Positions 22,169 to 31,946 of a stretch of 44,482 bases of DNA are shown one piece after another. A model generated the notes under the pieces. The model searched no databases. It was not told the origin of the DNA and saw only the letters and a list, made by a program, of their open reading frames with translations. The number at the start of each line of letters is the position of its first letter. The stretch's first letter is position 1. The DNA is from Escherichia phage EcoPhCCP1. The stretch lies in sequence record PQ384582.1. One strand, given 5' to 3'. Both the position numbers and the translations under genes were made by a program.

Positions 22169-24715
22169 TTAATTAAAACCATTGCTGAATCCGTCGGAGA
22201 AACCGCGGCCTAAAGGTGCGACGCCGTCGTATTTATAGAATCCGTCGTCATAGTTGTAGCCAGTAATCTTGACCGTGCGGTCATCGCCCGGGTCTATTGA
22301 AGAAACAACTATCTTCTGAGCATTATGCCTTGCTTCGTTGCCGAATGAAAACTCAGTTTTTAGCGCGCTATTCCCCGTGTAGATTGCCTCCTCCGGCGCG
22401 GAGAGCATAACCACTTCGCGGTCATGACTTCCTTTGATAACGGAGATACTCTGTACGGAGCCGTCGCGCTTCTTAAGAATGATGGAGTGGTCGTCTCCGG
22501 GGGTAAACGTAACAGGCTGGGACAATGTCAGTGTAAGCCCATTAACGGCAACAACATAACCATCTTGCGGCGCAATGCGAGAGCCTTTAACAACGCTGAT
22601 TACCCCGCCGGGGGTGGCGAGCGCACCTTCTTCCGTAGCTTCAAACTCTACGACAACTTTACTTAACGTGTTGCGCTGGTAGCGGCGCCACGCCAGCCAG
22701 TACGCCTGCTGGTAGTTGCGCACCCCCTTCGATTCGTACTCCTCGGTGTTTGCGCCGAGTTCTTCCGGGATATAAATCGTTTCCTGTACGTTAGTATCAG
22801 GGTCAATGTACGAGAACGACAGGCTATCGTAGGTTGTCGAATCGTTGAACGTGCGGGTCCATTTCTCCGTACCAGTTGTCTTACTGCGGTGGGTGAATAC
22901 CATTTCAGGCCCCGCGACAGGACGGTCGAATCGCAGCATAATATCCGCGCCTTTACGGTACGCAGTACAGAACACGGCTTCCGCTATGGTCTGAACGATG
23001 TCCTGCATCGTGGTGTCGTAGTCGTCGAACGTGTAGCAGAACTGCCCCGCTAATTCACTTCCGAAATAGGACTCGATTTCTTCCTGCACGGATAGTAACT
23101 TATCCATGTTTGCCGTTGTCAGTTCCAGATTACCCACCGCTGGGTCGCGCGCCAGCCTGATTAGCGACTGCACGGCCTGAGTGTTTGGTGTCATTACCGT
23201 ATCGAATACCCCATTGCCTAAGTATTTGTAGCACATCTCGGTCGCGATCATGCGCAGTTCAGGGTTATCGATACTGGCAGCGCGCGGCGTCTGTTTACGG
23301 GCACAATGTACGGTAGTTCGGTTGCCGTAGTGTGGGGTTGTGTCCAGTGACTGCCCGTACAGGTTGATGAAGGTTATCTCGTCACTTACCGTCCCGTCGT
23401 AGTCCTTGTCGAAATTCGTTACGCGGCGCATGCGGGCACGGAAACGAGACGCTGTCGGCAATTGGCCATAGATAGACGTACCGACGTAATCCGTATTGTT
23501 GCCTGTAATTGTAGCCTGTACCGTGTAAATATCGCCCAACGGGTTACGCTGAGAGTCAATCATCTGATACTGGAGTTCTACGGTTACGCTGGTACGGTTA
23601 TAGCCGCCGTCGTATTTGTAGAGGCCGTTCTGCCCGGCAACGTTAGCAAGTACCCGGTCAACTTCTCCGCGTACCATGTAATACCAGTCCGTAAGAGATA
23701 CGTCATAGGTGTTGCTCGGGCCGATAAACGTATCTGAACGCTCTGTTAGCGTGTACGTCTGTCCGCTGGTCAACGCGGCCCAGTTAGACGCACCGTTTAC
23801 GGCTAATCTTACTTCGAAGTCGTCAACGTATAAAACCTCAAACGAGCCGTTCAGGTTAGTGACATCAGCAACGTCAAAGTTGCTCAGCACCGCCACATCA
23901 CCGACGCTAAGAAACTCAGAAAAAGCAGAGTCTCCTGACGGGTCATAGATGTAGCCGGTGTTTGAAATACGTTTAGCGGTGCCGTCGGCGCTTGGGTTGG
24001 CCCCGATGTCGTTCGGCGCTTTCAGTACAATACCGTCAACGTCGTCGTTGGAGTACGTCACATAGAGTTTCTGGTCAATGACGTCGCCGATTTGTAGTTG
24101 CGGGGTAGTTGTATTGTTTGGTGATGTATAGGGGGCGTACACGGCAACAGAAGAACCTGTGATGTCGCTTATCAGGGTGTCGCCTTCCGTGACGCCATCA
24201 GCCTCAATATGCAGATGCCCGCGACCAGCGTCATAGTACGAATACTCCAGCAAAGCACCAGTGGAGTTGAACGCCTTGTACGTCTGCATAAGGTCGTTAG
24301 GGATTGTCTGCACAGTCCCGCATATGTCATAAGAGCGCTCGTAAGGACGCGGCTTGTTGGAGCGGTCTGTTAGGCTGTTATTAGCGGATTTTGCTTGGTT
24401 ATTTGTCGCTGTTACCGCCAGACTCGGTTTCTTAGTTAGTAAAACCGTAGCCGCAACGACGACCAAAGCAACAAGCGCACCTACTACAAGCGCACCTCCA
24501 CCAGCTCCTTCTACTATGTGATACACCGCGTCTTCGTCTTTAAGCGCGTCGAAGTCGTCAGTGATATCGGTGTCGTCACCAATCTCACCGAGATATACGC
24601 GCACAGGAACGCCGTCAGGGATATGGTTGACAACAAACTCCATTGGCATCCCGACGTGTTTTGTACGGTCGAAAACACCGTTAGCATTTCGCGTGTAGTG
24701 CAGGATTATCGCCAA
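22169..24715 (-). CDS. tail tip / host-specificity protein (gpJ-like central fibre)
   Basis: 848 aa directly downstream of the tape measure and minor tail genes; N-terminal ~100 aa has a Gly-rich hydrophobic segment and may be a fused upstream ORF. Confidence 0.55.
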   Translation of the reverse strand: MAIILHYTRNANGVFDRTKHVGMPMEFVVNHIPDGVPVRVYLGEIGDDTDITDDFDALKDEDAVYHIVEGAGGGALVVGALVALVVVAATVLLTKKPSLAVTATNNQAKSANNSLTDRSNKPRPYERSYDICGTVQTIPNDLMQTYKAFNSTGALLEYSYYDAGRGHLHIEADGVTEGDTLISDITGSSVAVYAPYTSPNNTTTPQLQIGDVIDQKLYVTYSNDDVDGIVLKAPNDIGANPSADGTAKRISNTGYIYDPSGDSAFSEFLSVGDVAVLSNFDVADVTNLNGSFEVLYVDDFEVRLAVNGASNWAALTSGQTYTLTERSDTFIGPSNTYDVSLTDWYYMVRGEVDRVLANVAGQNGLYKYDGGYNRTSVTVELQYQMIDSQRNPLGDIYTVQATITGNNTDYVGTSIYGQLPTASRFRARMRRVTNFDKDYDGTVSDEITFINLYGQSLDTTPHYGNRTTVHCARKQTPRAASIDNPELRMIATEMCYKYLGNGVFDTVMTPNTQAVQSLIRLARDPAVGNLELTTANMDKLLSVQEEIESYFGSELAGQFCYTFDDYDTTMQDIVQTIAEAVFCTAYRKGADIMLRFDRPVAGPEMVFTHRSKTTGTEKWTRTFNDSTTYDSLSFSYIDPDTNVQETIYIPEELGANTEEYESKGVRNYQQAYWLAWRRYQRNTLSKVVVEFEATEEGALATPGGVISVVKGSRIAPQDGYVVAVNGLTLTLSQPVTFTPGDDHSIILKKRDGSVQSISVIKGSHDREVVMLSAPEEAIYTGNSALKTEFSFGNEARHNAQKIVVSSIDPGDDRTVKITGYNYDDGFYKYDGVAPLGRGFSDGFSNGFN

Positions 24716-25071
24716 AATTCAATCTCCGTGTACAAGTCTCTTAGGTCAACAAGCCTGTCAAGCCGTACCTGACGGGAGGCCATTTCGCAATGACTAACCA
24801 TTCCGTCAAAGTAGACCCCGGCGTGCCACACGATTCTGCCGCCGCGGCGCCTACCCATAAGAACCGCGCACAAGTTTTCAGGCTTATCAATTTTCGTAAG
24901 CCCCTTCGTGTCACGATGGCCTTCATCAAACGCTTCGTTAATTGCCGTTGGGCTTGTAGCGTCGAACGCCGGGGTTGCTAACCCGGCATCCGCACGGACA
25001 ATACGCACATGATGCCAGCAATTGCGTTTGCGAAAGTCGTAAGGTATTCCCGTGTAGTCGTTAATGTTCAT
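24706..25071 (-). CDS. tail assembly protein, NlpC/P60-like (gpK-like)
   Basis: GIPYDFRKRNCWHHV...H pattern resembles NlpC/P60 Cys-His; position in tail tip cluster. Confidence 0.45.
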   Translation of the reverse strand: MNINDYTGIPYDFRKRNCWHHVRIVRADAGLATPAFDATSPTAINEAFDEGHRDTKGLTKIDKPENLCAVLMGRRRGGRIVWHAGVYFDGMVSHCEMASRQVRLDRLVDLRDLYTEIEFWR

Positions 25072-25598
25072 GTGATTAACAGACCGCGTAATAACGGTAT
25101 CTCTTTAGGTGTCATAAGTATACCAGTGCTTCGTTGGTTCAGCATAGGCGTCCCTAAATTAGCAGAGAACCGCCCCTTGTCCTGAGCTATGGTCTGCACC
25201 TCATATACCACGGGGCCATCTGCCGGGTATGACAGGTCGGTGCTGACATAACGGCGAAATATGAACTTCGGCAACTCAGTGCTATCCATCGGAATATTAT
25301 CCAGCTCATCGTCCAGTAAATTTCCGACGTCAGGAAGGGTAAACGTCGTCGTCTGGTCCATGTCGTTATTGTTAGCGGCCCCCGACGCCTCCATCGGGGT
25401 TGGTTCGAACGTGATTGTTTCGCCTGTCTCCAGCGTTGCCGTAAGTTCCTGCAGTCCGCGCACAAGATAGTACGTCTTTGACAGCAACGGGTGGCTGACT
25501 TGCAACGTGATGTAGTCCATCTCGCCGTCGGGATTTGAGGCCAGCTTACGGCGATAGGCGGCTTCTACTGATTCCTGGCTCATTGCATCGGGTCCCAA
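25068..25598 (-). CDS. minor tail protein (gpL-like by position)
   Basis: Position between tape measure and tip genes; no motif recognised. Confidence 0.4.
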   Translation of the reverse strand: MGPDAMSQESVEAAYRRKLASNPDGEMDYITLQVSHPLLSKTYYLVRGLQELTATLETGETITFEPTPMEASGAANNNDMDQTTTFTLPDVGNLLDDELDNIPMDSTELPKFIFRRYVSTDLSYPADGPVVYEVQTIAQDKGRFSANLGTPMLNQRSTGILMTPKEIPLLRGLLIT

Positions 25599-26080
25599 AT
25601 TCGTGGAAACGTTGATTGCGCGGTTCCGTAGGCTTTAAGGAAACATCCCAGCCCATCACCATAGCAACCATACAAGTCCGGCAGATTGTTAACAAGGCAC
25701 TGGTTCTCAAGGTTCTGGAACGGCGATTTCTCTGCGGTTGCCGTGAAAGTAATAGTCCAGTTGACCCCGTCTTCGGTGGACTCGGCGATGGTTGACGTGA
25801 TTGTTACCTGATAATCCTCAATACCCATTCCGAAGTCATGCGCCATCCAGAAACTTGACGCACCGCCATCGACTTTCTCGAGGAACGACAGAAACGCCTG
25901 CCGCCCTAGTGCTGAGGTAATCAGGGTTACGCTTATTGGGAACACGTCGTAATACGTGTCGCGACCCTGACGCACCCCGCCACCGGCTAAATCAACGCTC
26001 CAGACGTTGTTACGTCTGGTCATTGAGTAGCCTTTTGACACCACCGGCTTAAGGCTACGTGGAAAAAATAAGTCAGTCAT
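25580..26080 (-). CDS. minor tail protein (gpM-like by position)
   Basis: Immediately downstream of the tape measure gene. Confidence 0.4.
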   Translation of the reverse strand: MTDLFFPRSLKPVVSKGYSMTRRNNVWSVDLAGGGVRQGRDTYYDVFPISVTLITSALGRQAFLSFLEKVDGGASSFWMAHDFGMGIEDYQVTITSTIAESTEDGVNWTITFTATAEKSPFQNLENQCLVNNLPDLYGCYGDGLGCFLKAYGTAQSTFPRIWDPMQ

Positions 26081-28419
26081 TATTTGAACCCCGGCGCATT
26101 TCTTGTGGCCTTTCGGGCCTTGCTAATCTTACTGTTGCTGTTCTGCAAAGAGGCAGCCACTTGCTCTTCGATGATGATACGCAAACGGCCTTCATCATCT
26201 TGTTCAGTGGATACGTTGCCAATCTGACTCGATGTGTTATTTACGATGGTAACATTAGATGTGCCAGAAGAAGACCCGTTTTGCCCCATAATTTCTTTCA
26301 TCTGCTGCGCGGTACGAACACGCGATGCCCCAGCGGGCATGATAACTTCGGGTTTACCACGTTCCGCGATGGTGGAAGCCTGCCCTGCGGATAACTGACC
26401 ACCCTGTTCACGCGCAGACCTGATAGCGGAAACCTGCGCCATACCTGCCCCAACGGCAGCAGCAGCAGCTACCGGTGCAAGGAACGGTCCGACAACCGGG
26501 ATAGCAGCAGTTGACTTATATGCCTCAATAGCTGCGGTGTACGTAGCGATAGTGGCTTGTACGATAGCGAACGCTTTATAAGCGCCAGATGCTTCACCTA
26601 ACGCGGACCCAATGTTGGATGCCATATTGCCAAAAGCTGTTGCCGTTGCGTCAGCACGCTTGGTTGCGTACTGTTCGTTGATGGCGTTAAGCGCAGCCTG
26701 GTATTGTTCTTCATTAATAAGACCCTGTTCCCGGTACTTATCCGCTACCGCCAGTTTCTGCTGTTCCTGAATATCCAGAAGCTCAAGCTCGGTGGCATTC
26801 TGGCCCATAATCTGAGCCATGAAATCGTCACCTTTCTGTTGCTTTTCCTGGGCCTCCTTCCTTTTCTTGTCCAGTTCTTCCTGGCGGGCCTGCTCAGCGG
26901 ATAACATAATCTGCGTCTTGGCGTTTTCGTATTGCTGGTCGCTAAGAAGCTTATTGCTATAGAAATCCTGCAACTTAGACAGTTGCTCTTCCTGGTTAGC
27001 TTCTATTTTCTGGAATACGTCATCATTAAGATGGATTGACTGATAGTAGAAGTCTTCCGCCGCTTTTTTCTGGCGCTCGAACGCGTCCGCTGCTTTCTTA
27101 GCGGCTTTTGCGGAGGACCCGTCATCGTCAGAACCGCCACCAGTTCCGGTTACCTTAAATTTGTTTAACCCCTCAGCTTTTGCGGATTCCTTATCGATGT
27201 CATATGCCGCGCGTTTTAACGCTACAATATCCTGTTGAGCTTCTACCTGTTCGCGGAAACTTTTACGCGTAACGTCGGCGACATCGCGCTGGGTATCCAA
27301 AGCCAAGCCAAGCTGGAAGTTGATATTTTTAGCTACGTCTACTGATTCCCCGGGGGTGAAAGCGGCTCGTACAAGACGGCCCGCGTCCTGCGCACCTTTA
27401 ACCATATCTTCAAAGAATCTCTCCATCGCGGTGAACTCTTCCGCGATGAAGTCAAGCGCATCGGCAGCGGATTCCGCGATGGTGGTAGCTGTTTGTCCTC
27501 CGCTATCGGTAATACTCTTGCTGCTGAAATCCCACAGTTCATTAAGCCCGTTGATGGCGTCGCCGACAAAGCCAAACGCAGCGTCGAATGACATCTCGAT
27601 AGCGCTTCCTACTTCCGACGCGATGTCGCCCCACATCTGCATTTCAGCGGCTAATTCACCGGAAGCAACAGACGCGTTTAATTCCTGAATCAAGTCATCG
27701 ATATACCTGATAGGTTCAGCAAGTGCGCCAACATCAAGACTGGTGGCAAGCGTCATTTTTAGCTGCGACCATGAGTCACTGGCACTCGCGATAGCGCCAT
27801 TAAGGGTGTTGGCTTGGTCCGCCATAGCCCCCGCAAAATTTACGTTACCAATATTGAGTAAATACTGCTCGATATCGGCAGCGCTTTTCTTAACTACCGT
27901 TGTCGTTCCCTGGAACGTAAACTCTACGTCGTTTTTGTTCTGCTTGGCTTTGATGCCGAATTCTTTGAGGCGTTCGAACTCGAACGTACTGGCGTCGGCT
28001 ACCGCCTCAATCATCTGATTAAGGTCCTTACCCATAGCCGATGCGGTATTGCCGTAGGACCGCAACGCCTCCTCGGATGGGGTAAGGCCCAGAGCCACCA
28101 GCTTACGGAAGCCTTCCACCGCCTGCTCAAGCCCGTATGGGGTGTCGCGCGCAAAATCTTGCAGGATACTAAGCGCCTGTTTAGCGCCCTGGGTACTTCC
28201 GGTTAAGGTCTTCAAACTAGCGGACATCTTGTCCAGTTGCCGCTGTGAGTCAACCAGTTCTTGCGCGGCTTTATATGCGGTAGCCGCTACGATAGAAGCA
28301 AGGCCTGCTACAGCGGCCCCCGCTACTTTTGCGGACTTTGAAAGGTTGTCAAGACGGTCTGACGTGGCTTTCGCGCCTTGCTCTGATACTTTTACGACTA
28401 AACTAGCTACATCAGCCAT
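26080..28419 (-). CDS. tail tape measure protein
   Basis: 779 aa, Ala/Gln/Glu-rich helical protein downstream of the chaperone pair. Confidence 0.8.
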   Translation of the reverse strand: MADVASLVVKVSEQGAKATSDRLDNLSKSAKVAGAAVAGLASIVAATAYKAAQELVDSQRQLDKMSASLKTLTGSTQGAKQALSILQDFARDTPYGLEQAVEGFRKLVALGLTPSEEALRSYGNTASAMGKDLNQMIEAVADASTFEFERLKEFGIKAKQNKNDVEFTFQGTTTVVKKSAADIEQYLLNIGNVNFAGAMADQANTLNGAIASASDSWSQLKMTLATSLDVGALAEPIRYIDDLIQELNASVASGELAAEMQMWGDIASEVGSAIEMSFDAAFGFVGDAINGLNELWDFSSKSITDSGGQTATTIAESAADALDFIAEEFTAMERFFEDMVKGAQDAGRLVRAAFTPGESVDVAKNINFQLGLALDTQRDVADVTRKSFREQVEAQQDIVALKRAAYDIDKESAKAEGLNKFKVTGTGGGSDDDGSSAKAAKKAADAFERQKKAAEDFYYQSIHLNDDVFQKIEANQEEQLSKLQDFYSNKLLSDQQYENAKTQIMLSAEQARQEELDKKRKEAQEKQQKGDDFMAQIMGQNATELELLDIQEQQKLAVADKYREQGLINEEQYQAALNAINEQYATKRADATATAFGNMASNIGSALGEASGAYKAFAIVQATIATYTAAIEAYKSTAAIPVVGPFLAPVAAAAAVGAGMAQVSAIRSAREQGGQLSAGQASTIAERGKPEVIMPAGASRVRTAQQMKEIMGQNGSSSGTSNVTIVNNTSSQIGNVSTEQDDEGRLRIIIEEQVAASLQNSNSKISKARKATRNAPGFK

Positions 28420-28771
28420 CGTTTCTACCCTCGAAAATAGCGTCTAAGCTCATGATGATGTCAGATTCAAACATGCCTATATTCTGGCCCGAAACGGTGC
28501 TGTACGCCACTAAATCCGACCATCGTAACTGTTCGCGCGGGTACATCTTGATGTCGTCGTCATCTACTCGGCGGGTAAATTTGATTTCCCGGTACTTCTC
28601 GAAGGTGGTTAATAGCTCAGGGGGACATTCCGGCCCGGTGTCCTGCGTTGCTTCCGGCGCGTCTTGCATAACCCCCATAGCAATTAGCGCGGCTTTATGC
28701 CCGTCGGCGATACTGTCAAATTCCCGCCGTTTGTGGCGGGTTATGAAGTTCCAACGAGCGAACTGGAGCAA
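28412..28771 (-). CDS. tail assembly chaperone, frameshift-extension part (gpT-like)
   Basis: Open in the -1 frame relative to 28777..29193 across a 32-nt overlap window (28777-28810). Confidence 0.45.
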   Translation of the reverse strand: MLQFARWNFITRHKRREFDSIADGHKAALIAMGVMQDAPEATQDTGPECPPELLTTFEKYREIKFTRRVDDDDIKMYPREQLRWSDLVAYSTVSGQNIGMFESDIIMSLDAIFEGRNDG

Positions 28772-28776
28772 CGCGT

Positions 28777-29193
28777 CTACTTTTCCTGTAACTGGCGCAG
28801 TTGTTCGTTATGAAACACAACAACAAGTTCCGCGAGTCGTTTATATTGCGTCAGGAGTGTGTTCAGATTCTCTTTATTGAATTCGTCGTCCAGGCTCCAC
28901 CCGTTAACCAATTCAATTGCTAACTGTCGGTTAAGGTCCGTGGCCGCATCTTCCATCTTCAGGTTGTATTCAGAGAAATCTTTCATCTCTTCGCACTTAT
29001 CACGAAGCGGTTTTAATTTCCCTAACACTGCCCGGTATGCAAGGGTGAACGCGCGCATAGCCTTAACGGCAACGTCTGCCTCAGGAGAAACAACATTAAG
29101 CCATTCCCCAGAATCGGTACCGTCTTTTAACGGTATCGGCATACGCGCACCCTTTTCGGCTTCAGCTTCGTAATAAAAATCAGAAAGTTTCAT
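28777..29193 (-). CDS. tail assembly chaperone (gpG-like)
   Basis: Acidic 138-aa protein directly upstream of the tape measure gene. Confidence 0.55.
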   Translation of the reverse strand: MKLSDFYYEAEAEKGARMPIPLKDGTDSGEWLNVVSPEADVAVKAMRAFTLAYRAVLGKLKPLRDKCEEMKDFSEYNLKMEDAATDLNRQLAIELVNGWSLDDEFNKENLNTLLTQYKRLAELVVVFHNEQLRQLQEK

Positions 29194-29300
29194 TCTTTAA
29201 TCCTTTGGTTAAGAGGTTACTGGTTAAAGGAAATGCGCCAGACGGGAACCACCCGCTTTTCGTGTGCGACACTAGGCGCAAAATTATTCTAACACACTAC

Positions 29301-29329
29301 TTGCACACCCCAATATAATAGGGTACTAT
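29301..29329 (+). promoter_or_regulatory. phage promoter family member TTGCAC-N17-TACTAT (plus strand) driving the moron island
   Basis: 32 bp (29301-29332) identical to 39188-39219. Confidence 0.6.
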
Positions 29330-29360
29330 TCACTTACACCAACAATGGAGGGGTTTTAAG

Positions 29361-29552
29361 ATGTCCAGTTTACCAATTTCCTTAATTCTGTTCGCACTGC
29401 TTGCTTATTTCGCACCTTTCCTGGTTGCGTACTTCCGTAATCATAAAGCGAAGTTAGCGATATTCATGGCTAACTTATTTCTTGGGTGGGTTCTGTTGCC
29501 GTGGGTATTCATTTTAATCTGGGCTTGTAACTCGAACGTGAAAGAGAAGTGA
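29361..29552 (+). CDS. small two-TM membrane protein, superinfection-immunity-like
   Basis: YFAPFLVAYFRNH...NLFLGWVLLPWVFILIWA resembles the Imm_superinfect pattern; GGAGGGG SD. Confidence 0.5.
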   Translation: MSSLPISLILFALLAYFAPFLVAYFRNHKAKLAIFMANLFLGWVLLPWVFILIWACNSNVKEK

Positions 29553-29590
29553 GCTACTATAGGACAAATCCTAAACACGAGGAAGTAAGC

Positions 29591-30721
29591 ATGGCCCGGA
29601 AGAAAATAACCGACGAACAGTTACAGGAAGAATTGAACGCCGGGGTTAAAACTATCGATATAGCCCGTAAATATGGCATCTCAGACCGCGTTATTCGTAT
29701 CCGTAAAGCGAAGCTGGCGAAGAAAGGCGTGGGTCATGGGCGTGACGTTAGCCACCTTGTGCCGGACGGCTACAAGATTAAAGGAACATCGTCACTTGTG
29801 GACGAGTTCGGCAACACTAAGTTGCAATGGGTTAAGACCGATACCGATGCCGAACGTCAGGTCGAATTGATGAAAGCCGTAATCGAGGGCATGAAGTCAG
29901 AGATTACTCCAGTTGCGCCTGTTAAAGCCGCCCGCACCAAACGCGACGACAAGCTGCTCAATCTTTACACGGTATCTGATTTCCATCTCGGTATGCTGGC
30001 CTGGGCTGACGAGAGCGGCGACGACTGGGATATGAAGATTGCGGAAGACCTGTTTTCTCGCTGGTTCGATGCGGCGTTTCAGAAAGCACCAGATGCGGGA
30101 ACCGGGGTTATTAACCTGCTGGGTGACTTTGCTCACTTCGATAGCCTGGACGCCGTTACACCTGAGTCGCGCCATGTGTTGGACGCCGATACTCGCTATC
30201 AGAAACTGGTTCGCTACATGATTCGTATGGTGCGCCGTGTTGTTGATATGGCGCTTGTTAAACATAAAACCGTTCGCTTGCTTATCGTGCAAGGGAACCA
30301 CGACGAAAGCGGAATGATTTGGTTGGCTGAGATGTTCAGTACGCTGTACGACAACGAGCCGCGTGTGTTCGTCGATACGTCGCCGGATGTGTACAAGATG
30401 GTGCGACACGGCAAAACGACGCTGTTCTTCACACATGGTCATAAATGCCGGTTTGAGGTGGTCGAACCAATTATGATATCTAAGTTCAGAAAAGCATTCG
30501 GGGAAAGCGAGTACAGCTACGCTCACGTAGGCCACCTGCATCACCAGAAAATTGTAGAAAGCCGTAACATGATTGTTGAGCAACACCGCACCTTAGCGGC
30601 TAAAGATGCCTACGCCTCTCGTGGCGGATGGATGTCAGGACGCAGTGCAAATGTAATTACTTATAGCGCCGAATACGGCGAGGTCGCACGTTTAACTATT
30701 TCACCGGAGATGCTGGGATGA
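29591..30721 (+). CDS. calcineurin-like metallophosphoesterase with N-terminal HTH
   Basis: Motifs SDFHLG, LLGDFAHFD, VQGNHDE, THGH, VGHLHH; ATG 29591 with GGAAG SD (track ORF starts at GTG 29549). Confidence 0.6.
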   Translation: MARKKITDEQLQEELNAGVKTIDIARKYGISDRVIRIRKAKLAKKGVGHGRDVSHLVPDGYKIKGTSSLVDEFGNTKLQWVKTDTDAERQVELMKAVIEGMKSEITPVAPVKAARTKRDDKLLNLYTVSDFHLGMLAWADESGDDWDMKIAEDLFSRWFDAAFQKAPDAGTGVINLLGDFAHFDSLDAVTPESRHVLDADTRYQKLVRYMIRMVRRVVDMALVKHKTVRLLIVQGNHDESGMIWLAEMFSTLYDNEPRVFVDTSPDVYKMVRHGKTTLFFTHGHKCRFEVVEPIMISKFRKAFGESEYSYAHVGHLHHQKIVESRNMIVEQHRTLAAKDAYASRGGWMSGRSANVITYSAEYGEVARLTISPEMLG

Positions 30722-31203
30722 AAGATATTGTAATTTTCGATTTAGATGGAACATTGGCAGATGGTATGCATCGTTTACACCTGCTGCCGAAAGATAACTA
30801 CAACGAAACATGGGCGTGGAAACCCTTTAACATGGCGTGCAAAGATGATGAACCAATTAGAGATAACATCGAACTGTGTAACGCCCTTAATCGTCGCTAC
30901 GCCGTTATTATTTTAACTGGTCGCAGTGATGATGCAGAAAAAGAAACCAGAATGTGGTTGCAGCGCCACCGCGTCGAATTTTATCAGTTAATCATGCGCA
31001 GCAAACACGACAACAGAAAAGACATCGTAATTAAAGAAGAGGTGTTACGCGCTATCGGGCTGGAAAGAATATTGTGCGCATTCGACGACTCTCCGGCGGT
31101 AATAAAGCATTTCCGCGGACTCGGTATAACCACTCACGCGGTTACTGAATACGACTGTAACGGGAATTCTACACACTTAAAATCACACGGGAGCGATAAA
31201 TAA
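30718..31203 (+). CDS. HAD-superfamily phosphatase / 5'-nucleotidase-like
   Basis: HAD motif I FDLDGTLAD at the N-terminus. Confidence 0.6.
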   Translation: MKDIVIFDLDGTLADGMHRLHLLPKDNYNETWAWKPFNMACKDDEPIRDNIELCNALNRRYAVIILTGRSDDAEKETRMWLQRHRVEFYQLIMRSKHDNRKDIVIKEEVLRAIGLERILCAFDDSPAVIKHFRGLGITTHAVTEYDCNGNSTHLKSHGSDK

Positions 31204-31772
31204 TGGCTAAGGTAATTATTCTTAATGGCCCGGCGGGTTGTGGGAAAGACACACTTGCTATGGTGCTGGTAGAAATGGGCTTTGCGAAGGGTGCTACCAG
31301 TTTCAAAAATCCAATGTTCAATATTGCTCTGGCAGCGTTAGGTCCGGATGCGTACCACGAGTTTCTCGACGGCTACGACGACCGGGCGCGGAAAGAAAAG
31401 CCAGAGGGTTTCCTTAATGGTTTGTCTCGTCGTCAGTTCATGATTGCCATTTCTGAGCAATTCATTAAACCGGTTCTCGGCGGCGATTATTTCGGTAAGT
31501 ATCTTGCTGAAAACTTGCCCGACGGCGATGACGTTTTTGTAGTGTCAGACGGTGGATTCGCCAGTGAAGTGTCCCCTATCGTCGCCGCAGGGCATGACGT
31601 AAAAATCGTTCGCTTGCGCAGAGACGGCTATACGTTTGACGGGGATAGTCGTGGTTACCTGTACGGTATTGATGGTGCGGTATGTCATGACGTTGTGGCC
31701 ATCCCAGGCGAGATTACATTAACAGCAGCTGCGATTGCTAATAGAATCCTGGGGATTTATCCAAATGCGTGA
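31203..31772 (+). CDS. P-loop kinase, dNMP-kinase-like
   Basis: Walker A NGPAGCGKDT (GKDT variant as in T4 gp1-type dNMP kinases). Confidence 0.55.
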   Translation: MAKVIILNGPAGCGKDTLAMVLVEMGFAKGATSFKNPMFNIALAALGPDAYHEFLDGYDDRARKEKPEGFLNGLSRRQFMIAISEQFIKPVLGGDYFGKYLAENLPDGDDVFVVSDGGFASEVSPIVAAGHDVKIVRLRRDGYTFDGDSRGYLYGIDGAVCHDVVAIPGEITLTAAAIANRILGIYPNA

Positions 31773-31941
31773 ATGTACAATGGGGACAATATTTGTAATC
31801 CGCGTATATGACGAAGAATGGGATGAGTGGGTTGATATTTATGCTGTTGGTAGTAAGGAAGAGGCCGCAAAAGAGATGACAGAACGGAGTGACAGAGGTC
31901 AGTTAACTAACTTCTACGAAATGCCATTCAAAAGTGAGTGA
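31765..31941 (+). CDS. hypothetical protein
   Basis: ATG 31765 in frame with track ORF 31735..31941; ends at the terminator. Confidence 0.35.
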   Translation: MRECTMGTIFVIRVYDEEWDEWVDIYAVGSKEEAAKEMTERSDRGQLTNFYEMPFKSE

Positions 31942-31946
31942 GTGAG

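Noticed and set aside
20333-28880. Numerous short plus-strand ORFs inside the tail gene block
   Set aside because: All antisense to long, co-directional tail genes and lacking start context.
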